Origin: Pelagomonas calceolata
Taxonomy: Eukaryota
DNA: 64,000 nt
Assembly (NCBI GenBank): GCA_918797485.1
Contig: CAKKNE010000002.1
Coordinates: 930,001 to 994,000 of the forward strand
Reading direction: 5' to 3'
Shown: one piece after another, positions 33,225 through 43,181 of the stretch
Position numbering within the stretch: the first letter of the stretch is position 1
How the letters are laid out: every line of letters starts with the position of its first letter
Translations under genes and position numbers: made by a program
Notes under the pieces: generated by a model
What the model saw: only the letters and a program-made list of their open reading frames with translations
Told to the model about the DNA's origin: nothing
Databases searched by the model: none

Positions 33225-33859
33225 ATGAGTCGCATCACTATTCTGCTGGCCGCCATTGCACAATGCGCAGCATTGAACCCTGCCATCAAGCTGGCAGGCA
33301 AGGGCATGGCACTGCTCGGTCCCGTGTTCACGCTTGAAAACAAGCTGCAAGCGGCGGCACTGGGCCGCATTGGTGGCGTCGACAGCGAAGATGTCAAGCA
33401 GGAGATTGCCGACGACATCAAGGCGCCGTGCGTCATCTATACGTATGGTTTGTCGCCGTTCAGCACCGAGGCGGTCGCGCTGCTCGAGTCGAAGGGTGCG
33501 AAATTCGAGGTGAAGGAGTTGGGTTCGGGGCAGTGCACAAATCACGACAGCTTCCGACGCGAGGCCTACTCGACGGCGTGGTGGGGCGGTTCTCGACATT
33601 GGTTGATTTGCACACAGGACCGGAGTGGTTTCTCTTGGGACCCCAAGCATCCGTCAAGCGCGCCGAGCTCGAAGCGATGACCGGTCAGAGTTCCTTGCCC
33701 CACGTGTTTATCGGCGGCGAGCACGTGGGTGGTCTGGCGACGGGCCCCGGCATCGCGACCCTCGACGAGGACGGCGAGCTCGACGCTCTGCTCGCGAGCG
33801 CGGGCGCGACCCAGAGCGCGGCGACGAGCGGCGGCGGGAAGCTGTTCGGGATCTTCTAG
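33225..33859 (+). CDS. Glutaredoxin-like protein with signal peptide; exons 33225-33522 and 33618-33859
   Basis: VIYTYGLSPFS (no CxxC), spliced ELGPEWFLLG, TGQSSLPHVFIGGEHVGG. Confidence 0.85.
33523..33617 (+). mobile_element. Introner-type GT-AG intron (95 bp)
   Basis: TIR-like CAGTGCACAAATCA/TGATTTGCACACAG; diverged TSD GTTCGGGG/GACCGGAG. Confidence 0.75.
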
Positions 33860-33883
33860 ATTGTCTGTGTTTAAAAGTCACAA

Positions 33884-34804
33884 TTACAGGTAGGCCTGCA
33901 CGGCCCGCAGCGTCGCCCGCGTCTGGTAGACCGAGTCCGTCACGTGGAACGCGACGTCCCGCGTCTCGTCCACATAGTTTGGAATGCGCGGCCCCAGGGC
34001 CCGCCGGATCGGCATCTTGAGGCCGTGCGCCGCCGACGCCGTCATGGCCTCGGCCTTCCAGCGCGTCGGCGCGCGGAGCCGGACGAGCGCGAAGATCGAC
34101 GCCGTCGTGGGCGCGTGCGCCGCAAACCAGTCGCGCTTGATGTCGATCCAGGTCCAGTTCTGCAGCGTGCGGTCGAAGCCGTAGATTTCGTATAAAAACG
34201 ACGAGAAATTTGAATGAGGGTCGAAGCGCGACCACTGGACGACGTCCACCTCTTTATCGATCATGTGCCGCGCGTGCTCGGTCAATACTACCGAAGATGC
34301 CACGGGCGGCCAGAGGATGGCCGAGAAGTAGCGCTCGCCGATGGGACCGCGGTGCATGCGCTTCTTCGAGTCGCAGACGCAGTTTGGATCGTTGTCGGCG
34401 GCATTTATTCCCATGCGCCGGCAGCGCGCCTCGGACGGTCTTGAACCGACACAGTCGCGCCTGGAGCAGGACCAGCGGCAGCAGTCGCCTCCATCATAAA
34501 TGCAGGCCTCCGTGTTTAGTGCAGGATCGCAGCGGCCGTCTCCAATACGTATTGCATTTGAGGCACCGCAGGCCGCGGCAAAAACAAGTTCCGCGGGGTC
34601 GGCGCAGGTCGCGAAGGGCCCGTGCCCCGTGGACGTCGAAGCGCAGCAATCACCAAGGTCGAAGCCGCAGCCGTCATTGTTGAGCGCCGCGTCGCAGACG
34701 CCGTCTCCCAAACGGCCTTTTGCGGTGGTGTGCGCGGCGGGGCACGTCGGCGCCTTGCCGGCCGCGACGACCACCGTGGGCAGCAGCCACCATATGAGTG
34801 TCAT
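33884..34804 (-). CDS. Secreted LNR (Notch/Lin-12 repeat)-like protein
   Basis: Signal peptide; two GDGxCDxxLNxxxCxxDxGDCC motifs. Confidence 0.7.
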   Translation of the reverse strand: MTLIWWLLPTVVVAAGKAPTCPAAHTTAKGRLGDGVCDAALNNDGCGFDLGDCCASTSTGHGPFATCADPAELVFAAACGASNAIRIGDGRCDPALNTEACIYDGGDCCRWSCSRRDCVGSRPSEARCRRMGINAADNDPNCVCDSKKRMHRGPIGERYFSAILWPPVASSVVLTEHARHMIDKEVDVVQWSRFDPHSNFSSFLYEIYGFDRTLQNWTWIDIKRDWFAAHAPTTASIFALVRLRAPTRWKAEAMTASAAHGLKMPIRRALGPRIPNYVDETRDVAFHVTDSVYQTRATLRAVQAYL

Positions 34805-34948
34805 GCCTTTGGCGGCGCGGGGTCCATGGGCAGCCCCAGCGGCGTCCGGCGGCCCAAATTGTGCTCACGAGTCTCGGTTATCAATGCGTTCACCATGCGT
34901 TCTCAGCATCATGATCACGCAAATTGCAGCTAGCTAGAGACACTAGGA

Positions 34949-35040
34949 ACCCGCGACGTAACTCTAGCCTGAGCCTGAGCAATGCGGGGGGAGCGGGAGG
35001 GGTACGGGGGACCCCGCGACGTAACTAGCCTGAGCCTGAG
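34949..35040. repeat. Dispersed G-rich repeat family 2 (partial plus full copy)
   Basis: GGGGGGAGCGGGAGGGGTACGGGGGACCCCGCGACGTAACTAGCCTGAGCCTGAG; near-identical copy at 41456-41510. Confidence 0.85.
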
Positions 35041-35200
35041 TCCTAGGTTTCTGGTACAGCGGGGATTTGAGCGGCGACCGAGCAGCGCGCGGGTGCCTAG
35101 TGGCTCGCAGGTAGAAGTTCCCACGCCGTCGACAGCGGCGTTCCAAGGTACGAGTTGATGGTGTGATTAGGCAGGATTATCTATGTGCAAAACGCCCTCC

Positions 35201-37768
35201 CTAGAAGAGGAAGTAGCTCCGCGCGAGCGGCACCTCGGACGCCGGGTCGCACGTCAGCACCTCGCCGTCGGCCTTCACTTCAAAAGTCTCGGCGTCGACC
35301 GTGATTTCAGGACAGGCGTCGTTCAAAACCATGTCCCGCTTCGCGACGCTCCTCGTACCGGAGACCGGCGCCGTCGTCTTCGCCAAGCCGTACTTCGACC
35401 CGACACCCAGGTCGTGCGCTGACTTGGACACGAAGGCCAGCGACGTGTCGCCCACCGCACCCCCAAGGGCCCCGAACATGGGCCGCATCTTCACGGGCTG
35501 GGGAGTTGGTATCGACGCATTGGGGTCGCCCATCTGCGCGTAGGCGATGCTCCCTCCTTTAATAACCATCTCCGGCTTCGCGCCGAAGTTGCACGGCTTC
35601 CACAGGACCAGATCGGCGAGCTTGCCGACCTCGATCGACCCAATATGGTCGGCCATGCCGTGGGCCAGCGCCGGATTGATCGTATACTTCGCCACATACC
35701 TCTTAATGCGGTGGTTGTCCGCGCCCGTATCCTTGTCTTGAGGTAAGTCCCCGCGTTGGTCCTTCATCTTGTTCGCGGTCTGCCACGTCCGCGTGACGAC
35801 CTCGCCGATGCGGCCCATGGCTTGACTGTCGGACGAGATGATCGATATGGCCCCGAGGTCGTGTAAAATGTCTTCCGCGGCGATGGTCTCGCCCCTAATA
35901 CGACTCTCGGCGAAGGCCACGTCCTCCGGGATATTGCTATCTAGATGGTGGCAGACCATCAACATATCCAGGTGTTCATCGATGGTGTTGACCGTAAACG
36001 GCCGCGTCGGGTTCGTCGAGGACGGTAGGACGTTCGGCTCGCCGCAGACCTTGATGATGTCCGGGGCGTGGCCGCCGCCCGCCCCTTCGCTATGATACGT
36101 ATGAATAGTGCGCCCTTTGATCGCAGCTAACGAATCATCTACAAATCCACTCTCATTGAGAGTGTCGGTATGTATCGTGACCGCCACATCATGTTCGTCC
36201 GCGAACGACAAACACGCATCGATCGCGGCCGGCGTCGTGCCCCAGTCCTCGTGGAGCTTGAAACCGGCCGCGCCCGCGTCCAGGACCTCCTTGAGACCCC
36301 CCGGATCGCTCGCGTTGCCTTTCCCGGAAAAGCCGAAGTTCATCGGAAACGCATCCGTCGCCTTCAGCATCATTTCGACCTCGGAAGGGGCTGGAGTACA
36401 AGTAGTAGCACAGGTGCCGGAGGCCGGCCCCGTGCCGCCGCCGTACATGGTGGTCAATCCCGAAGCGATGGCGTCCTCGCACTGCTGCGGGCAGATGAAG
36501 TGGATGTGCGTATCTACACCTCCTGCTGTTAGGATTAATTTCTCGCCCGCGATCGCTTCCGTAGTAACCCCAACGGTCATGCCCGGCGTCACATTGGCCA
36601 TGGTGTCCGGGTTTCCTGCTTTTCCTATGCCTACTATCCTGTTCCCCTTCAAACCGACGTCGGCCTTGACTATGCCTTGGACAGCATCGACAATCAAGGC
36701 GTTCGTGATCACCGTGTCCAAGGCTTCGTCCGCAGAACACCCGGTCTGCTGGCCCATGCCCTCGCGCAGCGTCTTGCCGCCGCCAAATTTGCACTCATCA
36801 CCATACGACGTGTAATCCTTTTCTACTTTGAGTTTTAACGACGTGTCTCCTAGCGTGACCACATCGCCCGTCGTCGGACCGAACAACTCCGCGTAGTGGG
36901 CCCGCGGGATCTGCAAAGCTACTCCGGGCCTCGACTCTTCGTCCTGGTGGCCGAAGCCTCTATCCACGACTCTTTGGAGCGTCTCCGCCTTCCGTGCTTC
37001 GGACGCTTCTCCATTCGTCAACAAATTGCCGCTCTTCACGATCCTGTGGCCGGCGATATCTACTAAAGTAACAACTTTGGACTCTCCTGGTTCGAACCTC
37101 ACGGAAGAACCCGAGGGGACATTTAAACGACGTCCGTAGGCCAGCCCGCGATCAAAGACCAACGCGGCGTTCGTCTCGAGGAAGTGGTAGTGGCTGCCCA
37201 CTTGTATCGGTCGGTCCCCAGTATTAGTGACACTACATTCGACCAATGACCGGCCCGCGTTCAGCTCGATGGTGCCGTCTTCCGTCGCAACGGCTCCCGG
37301 GATCATGGATGAGGCATTGCCAAATACACTGAGAGGAGGCGCCGGTAGAAAGGAGCCGTGCAAGGCTAGTTCCAAATCGCCGTCCTCAGAGGCGATGGGC
37401 CGGTGCACGGTCAACAGTTTGGTCCCATCCGGGAAGGTGCCCTCGACCTGGACCTCCTGGACGACCTCGGGCACGCCGGGTAACGTTTGCCGCCGCCCCA
37501 GTAACTGTTGTCCTGTTTGCATAAGTTCCGCGACGCCGACGCCGTCTCTTATTTTTTCAAGCATCACCGTGGAGATCAGACCCACGGCTTCGGGCTGGTT
37601 CAATCTTAAACCGCGTGCGAGGCGCTTCTGGGCTAAGGCGCCTACTTGGTGTAATTGGAGATGATCGGCTTCGCGCGGCGTGAGATGTAACTGGCGCGCT
37701 TGCGTTATACCGGGGGCCTGGCGTCGTAGGATGGTTTTTGCTTGTTGGTGGGTTCGTGCGAGGGCCAT
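35201..37768 (-). CDS. ure: Urease (single-chain gamma-beta-alpha), intronless
   Basis: [74 protein letters not shown]. Confidence 0.98.
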   Translation of the reverse strand: MALARTHQQAKTILRRQAPGITQARQLHLTPREADHLQLHQVGALAQKRLARGLRLNQPEAVGLISTVMLEKIRDGVGVAELMQTGQQLLGRRQTLPGVPEVVQEVQVEGTFPDGTKLLTVHRPIASEDGDLELALHGSFLPAPPLSVFGNASSMIPGAVATEDGTIELNAGRSLVECSVTNTGDRPIQVGSHYHFLETNAALVFDRGLAYGRRLNVPSGSSVRFEPGESKVVTLVDIAGHRIVKSGNLLTNGEASEARKAETLQRVVDRGFGHQDEESRPGVALQIPRAHYAELFGPTTGDVVTLGDTSLKLKVEKDYTSYGDECKFGGGKTLREGMGQQTGCSADEALDTVITNALIVDAVQGIVKADVGLKGNRIVGIGKAGNPDTMANVTPGMTVGVTTEAIAGEKLILTAGGVDTHIHFICPQQCEDAIASGLTTMYGGGTGPASGTCATTCTPAPSEVEMMLKATDAFPMNFGFSGKGNASDPGGLKEVLDAGAAGFKLHEDWGTTPAAIDACLSFADEHDVAVTIHTDTLNESGFVDDSLAAIKGRTIHTYHSEGAGGGHAPDIIKVCGEPNVLPSSTNPTRPFTVNTIDEHLDMLMVCHHLDSNIPEDVAFAESRIRGETIAAEDILHDLGAISIISSDSQAMGRIGEVVTRTWQTANKMKDQRGDLPQDKDTGADNHRIKRYVAKYTINPALAHGMADHIGSIEVGKLADLVLWKPCNFGAKPEMVIKGGSIAYAQMGDPNASIPTPQPVKMRPMFGALGGAVGDTSLAFVSKSAHDLGVGSKYGLAKTTAPVSGTRSVAKRDMVLNDACPEITVDAETFEVKADGEVLTCDPASEVPLARSYFLF

Positions 37769-38230
37769 GGCTGCTTGCCTCGCCTCGTCGCGCGGATGGC
37801 AGCCCTGGCGCACTCTGGGTGCAAAGCTGCCGGTGCGAAGCGTCGGGCGGCGAGGTTGCGTGTCCGAGGCGTCGGACGGCGAGTGGCTTGACTGCTGAAC
37901 TTCTCTCGCAAGCAGCGGTGCGCTGTCGGCGGCGGGACCCAGCCCTTTTGCCGCGGTGCCAATCACTGAAGCCAGAGAGCCAAGCCCCAGACGCGCGCTA
38001 GGCGTCGCGACTGCCGCTCTCGTTGCCGTGGGACGTTCGTTGGGCTACGAGAAGCGCGACACGACCGCTTTTACTGATCTCGCGCCGGCAGCAAGCACCG
38101 CTTCGCACCAGAAACAGCTGATAGCGCTCCCAGCCCGCCGTGCGCGCAAGAGCAACTTCTGACAGCGTTCCCAGCTTAACGCCCGTCGCCGCGCGCCCGC
38201 AGCGAGAGCACCGAACGTAACGACGCCACG

Positions 38231-39016
38231 ATGGACGCCGAGACGCGCGGCGTCGTCGTCGACGCCATATCAGGATTCATCGCGGGCGCGGCCTGCACGC
38301 TCGTCTTCCAGCCCCTGGACACGATTCTGGTGCGGCAGCAGTACGTTGGTACAACAACCATGGAGTCCGCGGTCGCTGTGCTTAAAAGAGGCGGCAACCT
38401 CGCGCTGTGGCGCGGCGCGACGCCACTCATCGCCTTGGTGCCGTTCCAGAACGCGCTGCTCATGGTGGGCTACGGTGCTGGTCAGAGGTGGGGCGAGCGC
38501 CACACCACGGAAACGTCCGCCGTTTTTGTGGGAGGCTGTGCGGGTGGCTTGGCGCAGTCGTTCGTCGCGAGCCCGTTCGAGCTGGCCAAGGTCCGGAGGC
38601 AGTTGTTTGGGCCTCCACCGTATGATTGGAGGCTGGCGACGCGGGGCCTGCACGCGACGTTCCACCGCGACGTGATTCCGCACGGCGTTTGGTTTTGGGT
38701 GTACGATCGATGTAAAAGGACGTACGGCGACGATGGAATGGCGACGATGGCGTCGGGGGCCGTGGCGGCGGCCGTGGCCTGGGTCGTGGGCTACCCGGCG
38801 GACGTTTTGAAGACGCGGATTCAAGGGAGTCCCCAATCAATGTCATTAACGCAGGCGTCCCGGGACCTGCTGAAGCGGGAGCCGCCCGGGGTCGTCAACG
38901 CCGTGCGAGCCTTGTACCGCGGCCTCGGGCTGAAACTGTTGCGGGCGGTGCCGTCCTCCGCGGTCAACTTCTCCGTCTACGAGTGGACGAAGCGGCGGCT
39001 GGAGGGCGTGGTCTAG
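38231..39016 (+). CDS. Mitochondrial carrier (SLC25) family protein
   Basis: Three Px(D/E)xx(K/R)-type signatures: QPLDTILVRQQ, SPFELAKVRRQ, YPADVLKTRIQ. Confidence 0.85.
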   Translation: MDAETRGVVVDAISGFIAGAACTLVFQPLDTILVRQQYVGTTTMESAVAVLKRGGNLALWRGATPLIALVPFQNALLMVGYGAGQRWGERHTTETSAVFVGGCAGGLAQSFVASPFELAKVRRQLFGPPPYDWRLATRGLHATFHRDVIPHGVWFWVYDRCKRTYGDDGMATMASGAVAAAVAWVVGYPADVLKTRIQGSPQSMSLTQASRDLLKREPPGVVNAVRALYRGLGLKLLRAVPSSAVNFSVYEWTKRRLEGVV

Positions 39017-39486
39017 TCTTTTTTGCATATATTTTGTTCATTATCCTCGCGTCTAGCCTTGCTCTGTCTCCTTGCGTTCGATCCTTGCGTGTCGCCGCGC
39101 CGCGCCGCGCCTCCCAAGTGGGTTCTTGGTCGTCGGATCGCTCGCCAAGGCTGACTACGAGTGTCCTTGGAGTGGTTGCGGCGCTTTATCGACGCTTCTG
39201 TGAGTCCTTTTCGTGCGGGTTCAGTCAGAGCCAAAACCTTGACACCTGCTGCCGCACGCGCGCGCCAAGACTTCTCTGACGCAATTGACGGTCGAATCAC
39301 TGCCCTTGGGTAGTTGTCGCAGCGTCGAGTCGAAGAGATTGTGCGTTGGCGTCGCGTAGACGCGGAGATCTGCCCAGTTGGCTCCAGCCTTACAAAAGCG
39401 CTCCAGACCTCGCCGCCCACGGAAGTCGCGCCCCTCCAGACGCCGTCAGCGCGCCGCCGGACGACCAAGACACGAACCAAAGAAGT

Positions 39487-39792
39487 ATGTCGCGCTTCGT
39501 CGCCGCCATACTGCTCTCCGCGATCGCCGTGGACCGCTTTGTGCTGGTGGAAGCCAGGACGCACGTAAGCGCCACAAGGCTCCTCTTCCCGAACGAGCTC
39601 GTGCCGTCCTCCGAGAATAGGGTGGTGCCCAGCGGGCCGCTCGTGGACCACTACGAGGGCGACGACGACATCGTCTGCACGGTGAGCGAGCACGGCGCGC
39701 TGTCGCCGGGCTGCCAGCGGCACACCTTCAAGCGCGCGGCGCTCGACCTGCGCCGCCCGCACGCCGCGGACCACCACCCGATGATGGCGTAG
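39487..39792 (+). CDS. Small hypothetical protein with hydrophobic N-terminus
   Basis: ATG 39487; GC3-rich; MSRFVAAILLSAIAV. Confidence 0.5.
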   Translation: MSRFVAAILLSAIAVDRFVLVEARTHVSATRLLFPNELVPSSENRVVPSGPLVDHYEGDDDIVCTVSEHGALSPGCQRHTFKRAALDLRRPHAADHHPMMA

Positions 39793-39897
39793 AGATACCC
39801 CTCCGTCTGTGTGTCCCCCGCGGCCGCCGCGCGCGGCCGCGGCCCCTCCTCTGAAATTAACTGATCATACTTATACGTTAGCACACAACATGGGGCA

Positions 39898-41250
39898 CTA
39901 GCGCTGCTCGCGCGCTCTGCGTCTCGCCTCGCGCCGCAGGCGAGTGGCTCGTCCAATTGGAGACTCTGCCGTCTCCTCCGCTGCGGTCACCTCCGCCGCA
40001 GGCTCTCGCGGCGGGGGAAGCCCGAGGTGCTGGCGCGCCTCGGCCTGCCGCGCAGCCAGGCGCGGGTTCGCGGCGACGTCGAGCACGAGCCGCGGTCGCT
40101 GCTCGGGTAACGCGCCGGTGTCGCGCGGAGCCGACAGGACGGTCTCGGCGGGAATGATGTTGAGTGACACGAGCTGCTGGCGGAAAGCCTCCGTGCCCGC
40201 CTCGTCGAGATTCATACCGGGCATGGCACTTAAGATTTGATGTAAGTTGTACTCCTGGGCAGTCGGCTGCTTCGTGAGCGCCGCATAGTAATCATCATCG
40301 TCGATCGCGTGCGGCTCGTCGAGGTAGGACCGCCAGAAGCTGATCACGCGCCAGAATACGCCCTTCGGGAGAGCGAAGAGCCGTTCGAACTGGGCGGGCG
40401 GCTTGGCGCGGTCCTTTTCGCAGAGCTCCCGGAGCACGAGCATGTCCTTCCGCGGCGGCAACGTGTACTTGCGCCAGCCTCCCGCGGCCAGGACGACGGC
40501 AATCAACTTTCGAGAGTTCGATGGCGGAATCCCTCCGCAGCCTCGCCAGAGCTGCTCGTACCAGTCCGTCTTGGCGCCACGAGCCAAGAGAAAATGTACG
40601 AGATCGTCATGGTGTGAATCCCGACCCCGCCAAAAAATGGCGTCGCGCAGCGGCACCATCTTCGTGCCGTATGGGCCGTCGCGCACCGCGTTCACGTCCT
40701 CTCCGGCGTCGACGAGGAGTCGCGCGAGTTGGAGGGCTTCCGAGGGACCCTTTGTGAAGGGTACAATTGAGGACCCTTTGATACGGCAGAGCTGGTGTAG
40801 GGCGCCCTCCGTGCTCGCGCCGTGGCGAAGGAGCAGCTGCGCCATTTCTACGCGCCCCGGGTAACCCTCGACCTCCTCGACACTGCAGACCTCTTTCAGG
40901 GCGCCCTCTGTGCTCGCTCCGCGGCTAATGAGCAGCGCCACCGCGTCGGCATTGCAATGGCTGATGGCAGAGATCAGCAATCGGCCGCCGTTACGCATCT
41001 GCGCGTCGACGTCGCCACCGCAGTCTAGCCACAGGCGCAGCTGGTCGAGGCCTTCGGGCTTGCCCATGCGGGACATGAGTAGCGACGGCGCGATCGAGAG
41101 GGTGCCGCGCGTCACGTTCGTGTAGCCCGCCGCATGCAGGCGCTTGATGTTGTCGGGCGGCTCTGGCGCGTTGTCCAAGAGGGGGTCCGATGCATGTCCC
41201 GTGAGCAGCGCCGCAAGTTTCGCGCAGCGTTTCTGCTGCTCCTCGACCAT
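39898..41250 (-). CDS. Ankyrin-repeat protein
   Basis: AVALLISRGA, MAQLLLRHGA, ARLLVDAGEDVNA, VHFLLARGA. Confidence 0.75.
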   Translation of the reverse strand: MVEEQQKRCAKLAALLTGHASDPLLDNAPEPPDNIKRLHAAGYTNVTRGTLSIAPSLLMSRMGKPEGLDQLRLWLDCGGDVDAQMRNGGRLLISAISHCNADAVALLISRGASTEGALKEVCSVEEVEGYPGRVEMAQLLLRHGASTEGALHQLCRIKGSSIVPFTKGPSEALQLARLLVDAGEDVNAVRDGPYGTKMVPLRDAIFWRGRDSHHDDLVHFLLARGAKTDWYEQLWRGCGGIPPSNSRKLIAVVLAAGGWRKYTLPPRKDMLVLRELCEKDRAKPPAQFERLFALPKGVFWRVISFWRSYLDEPHAIDDDDYYAALTKQPTAQEYNLHQILSAMPGMNLDEAGTEAFRQQLVSLNIIPAETVLSAPRDTGALPEQRPRLVLDVAANPRLAARQAEARQHLGLPPPREPAAEVTAAEETAESPIGRATRLRREARRRAREQR

Positions 41251-41455
41251 TGCGGCGTCGATGACAGAGGCGACCAGATGAGCCTGATTGCTTTCTCGTC
41301 AACCAGCGCGAGTTGCTGCAACAAAATCCACAGCTGTGGAGTGTGTCGGTAGAGAACGTATCGGGGCTCGCGTAAGCCCGATGCGCGTACGCGTAGGCGG
41401 CGTGGGCGTGCGGCAGTCAAGCCGTGCTAGCGACACAAAGATACTAGGAAAGAAC

Positions 41456-41510
41456 GGGGGGAGCGGGAGGGGTACGGGGGACCCCGCGACGTAACTAACC
41501 TGAGCCTGAG
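41456..41510. repeat. Dispersed G-rich repeat family 2, second full copy
   Basis: Matches 34986-35040 with one substitution. Confidence 0.85.
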
Positions 41511-41555
41511 AACTAGAAAACTCTATCCGCAGTTATACGTACTTGCACATGTTAC

Positions 41556-42329
41556 TTAGAAGAACCCCCGCCGCCGCCCGAACCCCCGCCCAAAACCGCG
41601 CCCAATACCACGCCCGAAGCCGCGCCGCTGCCCCGTGAGCATCTGCACGAGCCACATGAACTGCATGGGACCCATGCCCAGGAAGGGTTGGTGCCCAAAG
41701 TACGGCGGCAGTTTCCAGGCCGCGAGCATGAGTGCCGCGAGGCCCATCGTTCCGAGGCCCTGGCCGCCGCCGCCGCCGTAGTAGGAAGGTCGATAGTCGT
41801 CGTATTCCCGTTCGTAGGCGGCGTTTCGCCGCCGAGGCGGCGCGTAGCCGCGACGCGAGCCGCCCATGATAATCGACAGGAAGTAGAGCGCGAACAACGC
41901 CGCGGCCCATACGCCTGCTTTGTTCAAGCCGTCGAGCCCTTCGTACCAGATCCGGACCCGCGTGACCGCGTCCAGACCGTCGCTTTGCCGCGGCGGCGGT
42001 CGTCCGGTCGGGTCCAGTTCGGCCGCGCGCGCATAGGCAGCAGCTGCCTCGCCGCGCCGCCGCGGGTCGCGCTCGAGGCAAGCACCCAGTCGCGACCAGC
42101 CCTTGGCCCACGTCGGCGAGATTTGCACCGTCGCCTCGGCATCGTCTAGGGCCTCTCGCCAGCGTCCGAGCTGCTGGTACGCGGCGCACCGATTCGAGTG
42201 GTAAAGATGCAAATCCATGTCATTGCCATCGGCGCGCTCGATCGCCTCTGTGAAGCACCTCACGGCTCCAGCATAGTCCTTGGCCACGTAGCAGCGCGCG
42301 CCGCGCTGTTTTGCTTGCGAGGCATTCAT
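41556..42329 (-). CDS. TPR-domain membrane protein
   Basis: STI1-like TPRs (YHSNRCAAYQQLG, WAKGWSRLG) followed by TM segments. Confidence 0.8.
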   Translation of the reverse strand: MNASQAKQRGARCYVAKDYAGAVRCFTEAIERADGNDMDLHLYHSNRCAAYQQLGRWREALDDAEATVQISPTWAKGWSRLGACLERDPRRRGEAAAAYARAAELDPTGRPPPRQSDGLDAVTRVRIWYEGLDGLNKAGVWAAALFALYFLSIIMGGSRRGYAPPRRRNAAYEREYDDYRPSYYGGGGGQGLGTMGLAALMLAAWKLPPYFGHQPFLGMGPMQFMWLVQMLTGQRRGFGRGIGRGFGRGFGRRRGFF

Positions 42330-42588
42330 TGTTATGGCCCTGCACGCAGCCGCTGACTGTTTGGGATGTGCGGGGAGAGTCGTTTGGTGTTGCTGCCTTT
42401 CCTCGATGGCGTGCAGGGGCAGCCTTTCAGTTGGTGGGCAAAGTCCGAGCTAGCGCACTGTAACATACTAGCAAGCTCCAGGAGCTGAAGCAAATCAGGC
42501 TCTGATCTGCGCTGTTACGCGTCAAATCGCCGTTCTGCAAGCCTCAACTGCACTTCGAATCACTCGAGCGCACGCGTGGCTCACCACG

Positions 42589-43110
42589 ATGCCGCGACGA
42601 CGGCCTGTAGCCCTCCTAGCCCTGTGCACAGCCGCCAGCGCGTTCCAGCTCGCACCACAAACGCGCCGCATCACTGCCAGGCACTTGTTACCAGAATTCC
42701 TGCTCGCCGCGGGGGACAGCGCCACGGTCGTCGAGTCCGTGGGCCCGGAAGTCTATGGGAAGATTTTCGGGGGCGGCGTCGGGCTTTTTGTCGTCGGCGT
42801 CGGCGGCGCGGCCATCACGGCGCTGCTCATCGACTCGACGGACGCCTACGAGCGTTTGGCGGAGGACTTTGGCGCGGAAGGCATGAAGGGCCTCGAGGAG
42901 GAATTTGGGGCCGACGCGGCGCGCGCGGTCGTCGAGGGCGTGAAGTCGGACACGGCCGATCGAAAAATTGACGTAACGGCGCCGGCGCCGAAGGAGGAAC
43001 CCCTCTTCGAGCTGCCGTCGCTGCCGTCTTTGCCGAACCCCTTCGGCGGCGGCGACGAGGCCCCCACGGCCGCGCCGGTGGCGGACGACGACGACGACTA
43101 CGACGACTAG
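42589..43110 (+). CDS. Plastid-targeted hypothetical membrane protein
   Basis: Signal peptide ending AASA-FQL (ASAFAP-type); one TM. Confidence 0.65.
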   Translation: MPRRRPVALLALCTAASAFQLAPQTRRITARHLLPEFLLAAGDSATVVESVGPEVYGKIFGGGVGLFVVGVGGAAITALLIDSTDAYERLAEDFGAEGMKGLEEEFGADAARAVVEGVKSDTADRKIDVTAPAPKEEPLFELPSLPSLPNPFGGGDEAPTAAPVADDDDDYDD

Positions 43111-43181
43111 GCGACCCTTGCCGCGCGCGACGCGCGCGAGAATGTGACTGAACGCTGTGGGGCGTAATACTATCCACACAC

